A DNA stretch of 32,000 nt. Origin: Geotalea uraniireducens Rf4. GTDB taxonomy: Bacteria > Desulfobacterota > Desulfuromonadia > Geobacterales > Geobacteraceae. Position 1 is the first letter of the stretch, and each line of letters starts with the position of its first letter. The DNA lies in contig NC_009483.1 of NCBI RefSeq assembly GCF_000016745.1, positions 600,001-632,000 of the forward strand. Direction: 5' to 3'. Positions 8,028 to 15,908 of the stretch are shown one piece after another. Under the pieces are notes generated by a model. That model was given only the letters and a program-made list of their open reading frames with translations. It did not search any database and was not told the origin of the DNA. Both the position numbers and the translations under genes were made by a program.

Positions 8028-9179
8028 GTGACTGCGAAGACCGGCACAACCTTCAGCTATAGCTACAACGCCTCCGGCGGCAGCTGTTCTTCGATCTCCT
8101 GCCACTTCAACAATACCGCCCAGTGGGGGACGACCCTGACCTGTGTCAACTGCCATTCCCTCGCGGCCCTGCAGGCAAACGGTGCCCATGGCAAGCATGT
8201 TGCCCAGGCGCCCGCTTTCTACAATTTCACCGCCAACCATTCCACGGTGGGGAGCTACGATTTCGGATGCTCCAACTGTCATCCCCAGGATAGCCTCGAC
8301 CACGCCAACGGTGCGGTCAATGTCACCATTAACAAGACCAATACCGGCGGCGGTGGTCTTGTCGGCACGCTGCGGAGCAGGAACAGCGCCACGGCGGACG
8401 GACTGGCGGCAACAGACGGACCTTCCGGTATTTACGGGACGACGAAGGTCAGTGTCAGATGCTCCGCCTCCTACTGCCACAGTAACGGCTACGCCGCCAA
8501 CCTGCGATACATGGTTTCGCCCGACTGGTACGGTCCGGCCTACGCGGGCGACAAATGCGCCATGTGCCACGGCAACTCGCCCAATGCCGGTGATCCGGTC
8601 AACCAGCCCGGTTCCCCTGCCCACTACAGCAATAATTTCCTCGGCTTCAGCAACGTCAGCGGCGGCCATGTGATCGGGATTCACACCAACAACATCTTCA
8701 ACGGCGCGTCAGGCCTTGCCATAGTGGGCAATACACCTATCGGCAGTCATGGAAATGCCGGTACATCGTCCACCATCAGCTGCAACATGTGTCATTACGC
8801 TACCGTCATCAGTTCTGCCAATGACAGTAACAAGGCCTGTGTGAAGTGCCACGGCAGCCTGCCGAAGAACCCGGCAGAGCTCATAGCCGACAAGCGTTTC
8901 CACATCAGCGGCTCCGTCGATGTTGCCTTCATGCCGGTCAAGGTCAAGTCAAAGGCCCAGTTGAGGGAGGCAAGCTACGACAAGACGTTATGGTCGCGGC
9001 AGGCAGGCTACAAGACGCCGGGGGCATATGATGCGGCATTCAAGACCTTCAGCACCGCAACCCAGTGGGATGGGGCCACAAAGAGCTGTTCGAACATCGC
9101 CTGCCATAACGGAAAGTCGGTCAAGTGGAGTGAGACCGGCGGACAGACCAGCTGCTTAAGTTGTCACGACACGTTGTAG
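8028..9179 (+). CDS. Multihaem c-type cytochrome-like protein of the Geobacter CxxxxCH...CxxCH repeat family; apparently 5'-truncated
   Basis: Three CxxxxCH motifs (CSSISCH, CSASYCH, CSNIACH) alternate with six CxxCH motifs. The first usable start (GTG 8028) gives no signal peptide. The same frame stays open back to 7923 and contains a further CSVCH motif. Confidence 0.75.
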   Translation: MTAKTGTTFSYSYNASGGSCSSISCHFNNTAQWGTTLTCVNCHSLAALQANGAHGKHVAQAPAFYNFTANHSTVGSYDFGCSNCHPQDSLDHANGAVNVTINKTNTGGGGLVGTLRSRNSATADGLAATDGPSGIYGTTKVSVRCSASYCHSNGYAANLRYMVSPDWYGPAYAGDKCAMCHGNSPNAGDPVNQPGSPAHYSNNFLGFSNVSGGHVIGIHTNNIFNGASGLAIVGNTPIGSHGNAGTSSTISCNMCHYATVISSANDSNKACVKCHGSLPKNPAELIADKRFHISGSVDVAFMPVKVKSKAQLREASYDKTLWSRQAGYKTPGAYDAAFKTFSTATQWDGATKSCSNIACHNGKSVKWSETGGQTSCLSCHDTL

Positions 9180-9192
9180 GGTTTGACCAAAA

Positions 9193-9227
9193 AGCCTCCG
9201 TTCCGAAAGGGACGGGGGCTTTTTTTG
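9193..9227 (+). terminator. Intrinsic terminator after the multihaem gene
   Basis: AGCCTCCGTTCC-gaaa-GGGACGGGGGCT (two G-U pairs) is followed by seven T. Confidence 0.6.
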
Positions 9228-9327
9228 CGTGCAAAAGAGGCTTGGATATTATCGTTCGGTGAGCATCATGACAGGGCGGTGTTTCCCTGCCTTCCCGTTT
9301 CCGGGGGTGGGGCGCCCCTTGTCTCGA

Positions 9328-9356
9328 TTGACTTAATACCGATACATGATAAAAAT
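9328..9356 (+). promoter_or_regulatory. Candidate sigma-70 promoter placing the transcription start at or next to the ccsB ATG
   Basis: TTGACT (9328-9333), a 16-17 nt spacer, then TGaTAAAAAT (9347-9356). ATG 9362 follows within 6 nt and no SD is present. Confidence 0.3.
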
Positions 9357-9361
9357 TATTC

Positions 9362-10675
9362 ATGAATATGCTGAAGATGTTTTTCCTCTCCCGCAAGTTG
9401 GCGCTGTTTCTTCTTGTTGCGATTCTTTCCTCTGTTTTGGTCGCCTCGCTGGTGCCGCAAACCTTTATCACCCCTGCGGCCAAAATGCAAAACTGGCGCG
9501 CCGACAACGAGTGGCTCGTTCCCATTGCGGATGTCTGCGGGCTGAATCATGTCTATACTGCGCCATGGTTTGCCGTTTTCATCGCCCTTGCGTTGGTTTC
9601 GCTCAGCTTGTCGTTAATCGAACAGTTCAGGGCTGCGCTGCGAAGGACATTCAAGGCGGCGCCATTGCCCGAATCCGGCGGAAGCCGGATAAGAGCGACG
9701 GAGCAGAGAATTCCGGCAACCATGAGGCGGCATGGGTATCTGCTGCTGTCGCGTACGGCATCCTGGCGCTTCGTGAAGAATCCGTGGGGGTACTGGGGCA
9801 ATTTCTTGCTTCATGCGGGTATCGTTGCAACCATAGCCGCATCCCTCCTGGTTGCGTTGACCCAGCAGCGCGGCGCGATAATACTTGTCGAAGGCGTACC
9901 CCACCAGACCGGCGAGCCATGGGAGAGCGAAGAACATGGCTTATTGACGGAGAGGCTTTCACTTCCCTATTCGGTGCGCCTCGATCAGCTGAAGCTGGAG
10001 TTCCGAAAGGATAACCATGTTGATCAAGTCGCTTCTGAAATCACCCTTTTCCCTGAAAATGGCGGGGATGTCCGCCGACTCACCGCGGCAATCAATGCAA
10101 ATCTGACCTACCAGGGTAAGCGCATCTATCAGAGCAACGATTATGGCGACGCCTTTACCCTTGAGTTCACTTCAGCCGATGGCGGCACGCACCGGGAAAA
10201 ACTGCTGCTGTTGCATCCGGCGGGCCTTGACAAGGCCGGTTACGGCGATTTTGATTTTCCCTGGTTAAAATACAATTTATCCACCAAATATTATGCCGAT
10301 GCGGACAAGAAACTCATAACCAGTCCCGATCGGCTGCTGGTACTGCGTATTATGGAAAACAATCGTGAACTGGGGCGGATTTCCCTGAAAAATGGAGAAA
10401 GCGGGAGGCTGGGTAACTATCTGGTGCGGCTGACTGCGGTCGAGAAATGGAGCAAGCTCATATTCGTCCATGTGCCGGGGATGCCGCTTGTCTTTATCGG
10501 ATTCATGATGATAGTGCTGGGTATTATGCTTAATTTTTTCACGCCGCCTCGCGAATTTATCGTGGCAAGGGATGGGGACGGGTTTCTCTTTTTCTGGCGT
10601 GCGGAAAAGTTTGCCGACTTCTATGCTGACGAGCATGAAGGCATTCTCAAAAACATCGAAACGGAGCAGGCATGA
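9362..10675 (+). CDS. ccsB: System II cytochrome c biogenesis protein CcsB/ResB
   Basis: 437 aa. N-terminal TM segments, a large soluble central domain and a C-terminal TM match the ResB layout. The stop overlaps the ccsA start (ATGA). Confidence 0.8.
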   Translation: MNMLKMFFLSRKLALFLLVAILSSVLVASLVPQTFITPAAKMQNWRADNEWLVPIADVCGLNHVYTAPWFAVFIALALVSLSLSLIEQFRAALRRTFKAAPLPESGGSRIRATEQRIPATMRRHGYLLLSRTASWRFVKNPWGYWGNFLLHAGIVATIAASLLVALTQQRGAIILVEGVPHQTGEPWESEEHGLLTERLSLPYSVRLDQLKLEFRKDNHVDQVASEITLFPENGGDVRRLTAAINANLTYQGKRIYQSNDYGDAFTLEFTSADGGTHREKLLLLHPAGLDKAGYGDFDFPWLKYNLSTKYYADADKKLITSPDRLLVLRIMENNRELGRISLKNGESGRLGNYLVRLTAVEKWSKLIFVHVPGMPLVFIGFMMIVLGIMLNFFTPPREFIVARDGDGFLFFWRAEKFADFYADEHEGILKNIETEQA

Positions 10676-11502
10676 CAAACGAATCTTTTGCTGTCTATAC
10701 CGGCTTGACGTGGACGGCGGTCATCATATACGTGCTGGCCACCGTGGCAAATACCTCCGGCATTATTTTCGGGCGGTCCGGTTATGAAAAAAACGGCTAT
10801 AAACTTGCTCTGGCCGGCATGGTAGTTCACAGCATACTCATCGCCTATTGGTGGCGTATCGTCGGCCATGGGCCCTACATGGCGCCCAGCGAGGTGCTTT
10901 CATCCGATGCGTGGATCGCCATGTGCCTCTTCCTGATTTTTGTGCGCATCTACCCCAAAATAAAGCCGGTGAGCATAGTCGTCTTTCCCTCGACATTTTT
11001 ACTGTTGGCGCTCAGTATGTTGAGCAATCCCGGAATCCGTACCCTCCCCCCGACCTTCAGAGGCATCTGGCTGGTTATTCATATTGCGCTTTACAAAATA
11101 TCGTTGGCCACCATCATCATCGCTTTTGCCTTTTCAATCTTCTGCCTGCTGAAGAGGAGATACGATTTCGACTGGCTGCAAAGATTGCCCGAGCCCCAGG
11201 CTATCGATGTTTACGCGTATCGGTTTGCCGGTTTCGGGTTCATTTTCTGGACCATAGGGATGCTGGCAGGATCGATCTGGGCGCACCAGTCCTGGGGGCG
11301 TTTCTGGGGGTGGGACCCGGTGGAAATCTGGTCGCTCATCACCTGGCTCTTGTTCGGCATCTATCTGCACCTGAGGCGTTTCTTCCGCTGGCAGGGGGAG
11401 AGGGCCGCCTGGTTCTTCGCTTTTTGCTTCATCATGTCGCTCGTTTCACTTTTCGTCACTTCGCATATGGGTACTTCAATTCACGCGGAGTATTTCAAGT
11501 GA
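10672..11502 (+). CDS. ccsA: System II cytochrome c assembly protein CcsA/ResC (haem handling, WWD domain)
   Basis: Polytopic membrane protein with the Trp-rich motif WGRFWGWDPVEIWSLITW and conserved His residues. Translationally coupled to ccsB. Confidence 0.9.
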   Translation: MTNESFAVYTGLTWTAVIIYVLATVANTSGIIFGRSGYEKNGYKLALAGMVVHSILIAYWWRIVGHGPYMAPSEVLSSDAWIAMCLFLIFVRIYPKIKPVSIVVFPSTFLLLALSMLSNPGIRTLPPTFRGIWLVIHIALYKISLATIIIAFAFSIFCLLKRRYDFDWLQRLPEPQAIDVYAYRFAGFGFIFWTIGMLAGSIWAHQSWGRFWGWDPVEIWSLITWLLFGIYLHLRRFFRWQGERAAWFFAFCFIMSLVSLFVTSHMGTSIHAEYFK

Positions 11503-11531
11503 TCCGATGGTGAATCATTGTGCACAAAGTG

Positions 11532-11560
11532 AAAAGGCCGGGCGTTTTGCCCGGCCTTTT
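11532..11560. terminator. Bidirectional intrinsic terminator between ccsA and the DUF362 gene
   Basis: AAAAGGCCGGGC-gtttt-GCCCGGCCTTTT, with an A-run on one side and a T-run on the other. Confidence 0.65.
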
Positions 11561-11565
11561 CCTTT

Positions 11566-12672
11566 TCATATCTTCACCAGTTCGTATTTTCTCGTTCCCA
11601 TCCCGATCTTCTCCGCGTGCTCCAACTGGACTTCCCAATCAATGTCAGGGTGCACCCCGCGGAACTTGTCTCCCCCCGGCTCCAGGCCGCTCGTAAGCGC
11701 GGTGTTGGCGTTACCGGGGGCGGCGTTCACCAGGTCGGCGCAGGCCTGGTCGAGGGCCACCGGGTCGGTAGAGGCGCAGATGCCGATGTCGTTGACGATC
11801 GGGGCGTCGGCATGGCCGTAGCAGTCGCAGGCTGGCGACACCTGGGTGATGAAGCTGATGAAGATGTTTTTTTGCTCCTTCCCCTTGACCGCCCCTTTGG
11901 CAAATTCGCACATCTTCTTCATGACCAGTTCGGACGCCTCGTTCCACTGGACATTGATCGCCTTTTGCAGGCAGGCGGTGATGCAGCGCCCGCACCCTGT
12001 GCATTTTTCCGGATCGATGACCGCTTTCCCCTCGATGATAGCAATGGCGTCATGGGCGCACGACTTCAGGCAAATGCCGCAGGCGGTGCAGTACTTTTCC
12101 GCCACCTTCGGCGCGACAGTGGAGTGCTGGACCAGTTTCCCCTCCCGGCTGGAGCACCCCATGCCGAGGTTTTTCAGGACACCGCCGAAACCGGTCAGTT
12201 CATGGCACTTGAAATGGGAAACCGCCACCAGGGCATCAGCCTCGACGATCTCCCGGCCGATGCTGACCTTGGACAGGAGTTCACCCCCTATTGCCACGTC
12301 AACGGCGGAGTGTCCCCTCAGTCCGTCGCTCATGATGAGCGGCGCATTGACCACCGCGTAGGCAAAGCCGTTTTCGATGGCGCAGGCCAGGGCCGAAACC
12401 GCTTCCTTCCGTTCGCCGGGGTAGAGGGTTGATGAGTCGGTGAGGAAGGGGCTTCCCTGGCAGGTTTTGACTTCATCCACCACCCGCCGGACGAAGATGG
12501 GGCGGACAAAGGTATGATTGCCCCGCTCGCCGAAATGAACCTTGACCGCGACCAGGTCTCCGGCGTTGATGCGTTCCCTTATGCCGCATTGCTGCAGCAG
12601 CTTGCCGATCTTGGCAAACAGGTTTTCCTTGTGGCCGGCGCGCATGTCGGCGAAAAAGACTTTGCTTTTCAT
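11566..12672 (-). CDS. DUF362-domain protein with an inserted 2x[4Fe-4S] ferredoxin domain
   Basis: 368 aa. It has two CxxCxxCxxxC-type motifs (CTACGICLKSC, CTGCGRCITAC) within a DUF362-like fold (VAVKVHFGE..., SHFKCHELTGFGGVLKNLGMGC). AAGGAG precedes the ATG. Confidence 0.8.
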   Translation of the reverse strand: MKSKVFFADMRAGHKENLFAKIGKLLQQCGIRERINAGDLVAVKVHFGERGNHTFVRPIFVRRVVDEVKTCQGSPFLTDSSTLYPGERKEAVSALACAIENGFAYAVVNAPLIMSDGLRGHSAVDVAIGGELLSKVSIGREIVEADALVAVSHFKCHELTGFGGVLKNLGMGCSSREGKLVQHSTVAPKVAEKYCTACGICLKSCAHDAIAIIEGKAVIDPEKCTGCGRCITACLQKAINVQWNEASELVMKKMCEFAKGAVKGKEQKNIFISFITQVSPACDCYGHADAPIVNDIGICASTDPVALDQACADLVNAAPGNANTALTSGLEPGGDKFRGVHPDIDWEVQLEHAEKIGMGTRKYELVKI

Positions 12673-12691
12673 TGGGGCTCCTTTTTAAAGG

Positions 12692-12764
12692 CGGTCGGTA
12701 GTCGGTAGTCGGTAGTCGATGGTCCTGTTTTTACCGCCGACTGCCGACTATCGACTATCGACCG
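12692..12764. repeat. 32-bp-arm imperfect palindrome built from GGTAGTC heptamer repeats
   Basis: The left arm (12692-12723) has 3-4 tandem GGTAGTC units. The right arm (12733-12764) is its complement, with 4 positions that are G-T on the plus strand and 1 A-C mismatch. The loop is 9 nt. Confidence 0.6.
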
Positions 12765-12890
12765 TTTATAGCTTTGAATACCATAGAACATGGCTATTTT
12801 CAATGGCGGGGCCGCTTATGGAAGAAAGTTTTTCTTGCGGTTAGCGGGAAATGTGATATTTATTAGAAAATTATACCGATCTGACGGGGA

Positions 12891-13631
12891 ATGTACATGA
12901 AAGAATGCGAAGAGCGCGAACTCTGGATTTTAGGCCTTGGCGAGAAAGTGGAAAGAGGGGCGTTGATTTGCAGTTACCTGGCGGAAGCCGGTTACTGGGC
13001 AAGAACGGCGTCACTCTCTGAATTGGCCAAATGCAAGCCCCTGGGGATTTTACTCGATGTTTCCCCATATTCCACGGATGGCTGGGGCACTCTCCTCGAT
13101 ATTAAAAAAAATCCGGAAACCCGTGATATTCCAGTACTTCCGCTCTACCTCAGCCAGGAAGGCAAGGTGGGAGAGGTATTTCCGGTTGCAGGATTTTTTA
13201 CCCTCCCCATCGACGCTGATTATCTGGCCGAGAGGCTCGCGGTATTGGGCTTAACGGAAGATATCGAAGATTATGACCTGCAGACGCTGGTCATTTCCCG
13301 CAAAGGGGAGGAAGCGGTTGCCAAGGCCCTGGGGATGCTCGGTTTCGAGGCGGTCAACGCCTATACGGGCAAGGAAGGTGTGGCGCTGGCGACGATCAGC
13401 CATCCTTACCTGATATTCAGCTCCCTCATGCTGCAGGATATGGGGGCCTTCGAAATGCTGGAAAGATTCCGGCTCTATCCGCAGACGCGTAACATCCCTT
13501 TTTTCATCCTCTTGAAAGACAACATGAAGGAAGGGGAGCGTAACGCCATGAGCCGCCAGGTGGATCACCTGGTGCGGAAGAAGGTCCTCTCCAAGGAAGA
13601 ATTCTTGAGCTACCTGCGCCGGCGGATATAG
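12891..13631 (+). CDS. Stand-alone protein with two tandem degenerate receiver (REC-like) domains
   Basis: Two units of about 115 aa show the receiver beta-alpha periodicity. The first keeps a candidate Asp (ILLDVSP) but lacks the N-terminal acidic pair and the Lys before Pro. The second has Ser at the phospho-acceptor position (LIFSSLML). No output domain. ATG 12897 is an alternative start. Confidence 0.55.
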   Translation: MYMKECEERELWILGLGEKVERGALICSYLAEAGYWARTASLSELAKCKPLGILLDVSPYSTDGWGTLLDIKKNPETRDIPVLPLYLSQEGKVGEVFPVAGFFTLPIDADYLAERLAVLGLTEDIEDYDLQTLVISRKGEEAVAKALGMLGFEAVNAYTGKEGVALATISHPYLIFSSLMLQDMGAFEMLERFRLYPQTRNIPFFILLKDNMKEGERNAMSRQVDHLVRKKVLSKEEFLSYLRRRI

Positions 13632-13664
13632 TCGGCGCTCCCCTTTGGTCCCGACGCAAAGCTC

Positions 13665-13699
13665 AAAAAGGCCACGTCCGTGCGATGTGGCCTTTTTTT
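13665..13699 (+). terminator. Intrinsic terminator after the receiver-like gene
   Basis: GGCCACGTC-loop-GATGTGGCC is followed by seven T. Confidence 0.6.
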
Positions 13700-13702
13700 A
13701 TC

Positions 13703-13889
13703 CTAAGGAACTGTAAACAAATAACATGGGCATCTTGCATCTCATCTTCAGGTCATCTTTAGCCGATCTTCAATCGCCAAATCCTCAACGTAGCCGTGCT
13801 ACGTCTGCGGTTTAGCTCAATCAGTTCGGCCAAATCCGACCTAAATCTGAGCGCAATTTTGACCATGATATTCATTTACAGCTCCTAAG
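13703..13889 (-). repeat. Inverted-repeat-bounded module of about 190 nt with an SD-preceded 38-codon ORF
   Basis: CTAAGGAACTGTAAA (13703-13717) and TTTACAGCTCCTAAG (13875-13889) match at 13 of 15 positions as inverted repeats. On the minus strand the right arm reads CTTAGGAGCTGTAA-ATG, i.e. SD plus start of MNIMVKIALRFRSDLAELIELNRRRSTATLRIWRLKIG (13759-13875). Confidence 0.35.
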
Positions 13890-13925
13890 CCGGCAAAGAC
13901 GGAACCAAACAAGAAAAAGTCAAGG

Positions 13926-14041
13926 GCAATAGCGGATAAAATCTGATTTGAACGGATTTACGCGGATTAAACTAAAAAACGGTCCGATGTTAAAAAATCC
14001 GTGTAAATCAGTTCAATCCGTATAAATCCGTGTGCTATTGC
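13926..14041. repeat. Long imperfect palindrome rich in AATCCG/CGGATT units; member of a dispersed repeat family
   Basis: It is closed by GCAATAGC (13926-13933) / GCTATTGC (14034-14041). The arms contain GGATAAAATCTGATTTGAACGGATTTACGCGGATT and AATCCGTGTAAATCAGTTCAATCCGTATAAATCCGTG. The core matches 2219-2245. Confidence 0.5.
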
Positions 14042-14256
14042 AGTTCTGTTTTTGCTCAGATTTTGTAAAGAGACTAAAAACGGCCGCTCCCCGCTCCCCG
14101 CCCGCCACATATCATCGCCTCCCTTGAACCTTCCCCTGATAGTGATAAATTGATAATGAGGTCCAATGCGACAGCGCTCCGGGGTGACCGCGTTGCGCAC
14201 GTTGTGGATGAAGCTTTTCGCCGCGGACCATCGTGGGGTGCCGTGGAGCGTGAAAC

Positions 14257-15789
14257 ATGACACGTCTTTTGCCCGTGAGAAATGCTGTTGCTGCGGCGGT
14301 AGCCGGCGCGGCGCTGGCCGGCTGCACGGTAGGCCCTGATTTCCGGCCGCCCGAGGCGCCGCGGACGGACAATTATACATCGACTGCATTGCCGGCGCAG
14401 ACGGCCGCCGCGGAGGGTAATGGCGGCGCAGCGCAGCGCTTCGCCATCGGCCGGGAGATTCCCGGCCAGTGGTGGGCGCTCTTTCATTCCGCGGCCTTGG
14501 ATCGCTTGATCAGTCAGGCCATTGCAGACAGTCCGACCCTGGCGACGATCCAGGCGACGCTCCGTCAGGCGCAGGAAAACCTGCGTGCCAGGACCGGTAC
14601 GGAGTATTCGCCGAGTCTGGACGCAAACTTTTCGGCCGTGCGGCAAAAAATCTCAGGCGTCGCGTTCGGTCAGCCGGATCTTGCCAACAGCACCTTCAGC
14701 CTCTTTAACGCCTCGGTGAAAGTCTCGTACGCACTCGATATTTTCGGCGGCGGACGGCGCGAACTGGAGGCACTGCGTTCCCAGGTCGACTACCAGCGTT
14801 ATCAGCTTGAGGGAGCCTATCTCGCGCTCACCGCCAACATTGTCACCACGGCGGTGAAAGAGGCCTCTTTGCGGGCACAGATCCGGGCGACGCAAAATAT
14901 ATTGGCGAACCAGGAGCAGCAACTGGAAGTGGTCGAACGCCAGTTCCAGCTCGGCGGGGTCGCACGTACCGATGTTCTTGCCCAGCGAACCCGGCTTGCA
15001 CAGACGCGGGCGACCCTCCCTCCCCTGGAGAAGGCGCTCGCCCAGACGCGCCATCTGTTGGCAGTGCTGGCCGGAAGGTTCCCCAGTGATGCGGGGCTTC
15101 CCGAGTTCGACCTGGATGGGTTGCAGTTGCCGCAGGAGCTGCCGGTAAGCCTGCCGTCGGCACTGGTCCGCCAGCGCCCCGACATCCGTGCAGCCGAAGA
15201 ACTGATGCATGCCGCCGGCGCCCAGGTCGGCGTGGCCACGGCAAACCTCTATCCGCAGATCACCATCAGCGGCAGCCTGGGGTCGGAGTCGGGAAGGATT
15301 ACCGACCTGTTCGGCAGCGGGACTTCCATCTGGGGTCTTGGCGCAGGGTTGTTGCAGCCACTTTCCCATGGCGGTGAACTTACCGCCAAGCGCCGCGCCG
15401 CCATTGCCGCTTACGATCAGTCGGCGGCCCAGTATCGCTCCACCGTTTTGCAGGCGTTGCAGAACGTGGCCGATGTGCTGCGGGCACTGGATGATGACGC
15501 CCGTACGCTCAAGGCACAGGCGGATGCCGAAACGTCCGCTCGCGATACCTTCGACCTTACCCGGCAGCAGTTCCAGCTCGGTGCAGTGAACTATCTCTCC
15601 CTTCTCGATGCCGAGCGTCAGTATCAGCAGGCGCAAATCAGCCTGGTGCAGGCGCAGGCCGCGCGCTTTGCCGACACCGCCGCACTGTTCCAGGCGCTTG
15701 GCGGCGGCTGGTGGAACCGCTCGGCGGAGGGCGGAGCAGCCCCTCATCCGCCCTTTGCCCGCCCTCGCATTGAGAATGAGGAAAAATGA
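14257..15789 (+). CDS. RND efflux outer membrane factor lipoprotein (NodT/OprM family)
   Basis: Lipobox ALAGC followed by TVGPDFRPP, the typical NodT N-terminus. The two-repeat OEP architecture runs through to the C-terminus. Confidence 0.9.
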   Translation: MTRLLPVRNAVAAAVAGAALAGCTVGPDFRPPEAPRTDNYTSTALPAQTAAAEGNGGAAQRFAIGREIPGQWWALFHSAALDRLISQAIADSPTLATIQATLRQAQENLRARTGTEYSPSLDANFSAVRQKISGVAFGQPDLANSTFSLFNASVKVSYALDIFGGGRRELEALRSQVDYQRYQLEGAYLALTANIVTTAVKEASLRAQIRATQNILANQEQQLEVVERQFQLGGVARTDVLAQRTRLAQTRATLPPLEKALAQTRHLLAVLAGRFPSDAGLPEFDLDGLQLPQELPVSLPSALVRQRPDIRAAEELMHAAGAQVGVATANLYPQITISGSLGSESGRITDLFGSGTSIWGLGAGLLQPLSHGGELTAKRRAAIAAYDQSAAQYRSTVLQALQNVADVLRALDDDARTLKAQADAETSARDTFDLTRQQFQLGAVNYLSLLDAERQYQQAQISLVQAQAARFADTAALFQALGGGWWNRSAEGGAAPHPPFARPRIENEEK

Positions 15790-15800
15790 AACGCATACAT

Positions 15801-15878
15801 GCGTAGGGGCGCAGGGCCTGCGCCCTGTCGGCAGTACGGATGAACCTCGACAAGGGCGGACGCCGTCCGCCCCTACGC
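15801..15878. repeat. REP-like nested GC-rich palindrome in the OMF-MFP spacer
   Basis: Outer arms GCGTAGGGG (15801-15809) / CCCCTACGC (15870-15878) enclose two internal hairpins, GGGCGCAGG/CCTGCGCCC and GGGCGGAC/GTCCGCCC. Confidence 0.5.
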
Positions 15879-15908
15879 GACGCCAAACCTCACATGGAGA
15901 AGCCTTTG

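Noticed and set aside
7926-8684. 252-aa minus-strand ORF antisense to the multihaem gene; also 8143-8673 plus in another frame.
   Set aside because: No features. The plus frame carrying nine haem-type motifs is clearly the coding one.
9346-10014. 222-aa alternative-frame ORF overlapping ccsB.
   Set aside because: Arg/Cys-rich off-frame translation. The ccsB frame has the expected TM/soluble/TM layout and coupling to ccsA.
13640-13665. GACGCAAAGC on the plus strand after the receiver-like gene, reminiscent of the GEMM-I junction.
   Set aside because: There is no upstream AAACC/GNRA hairpin. It sits between a stop codon and its terminator.
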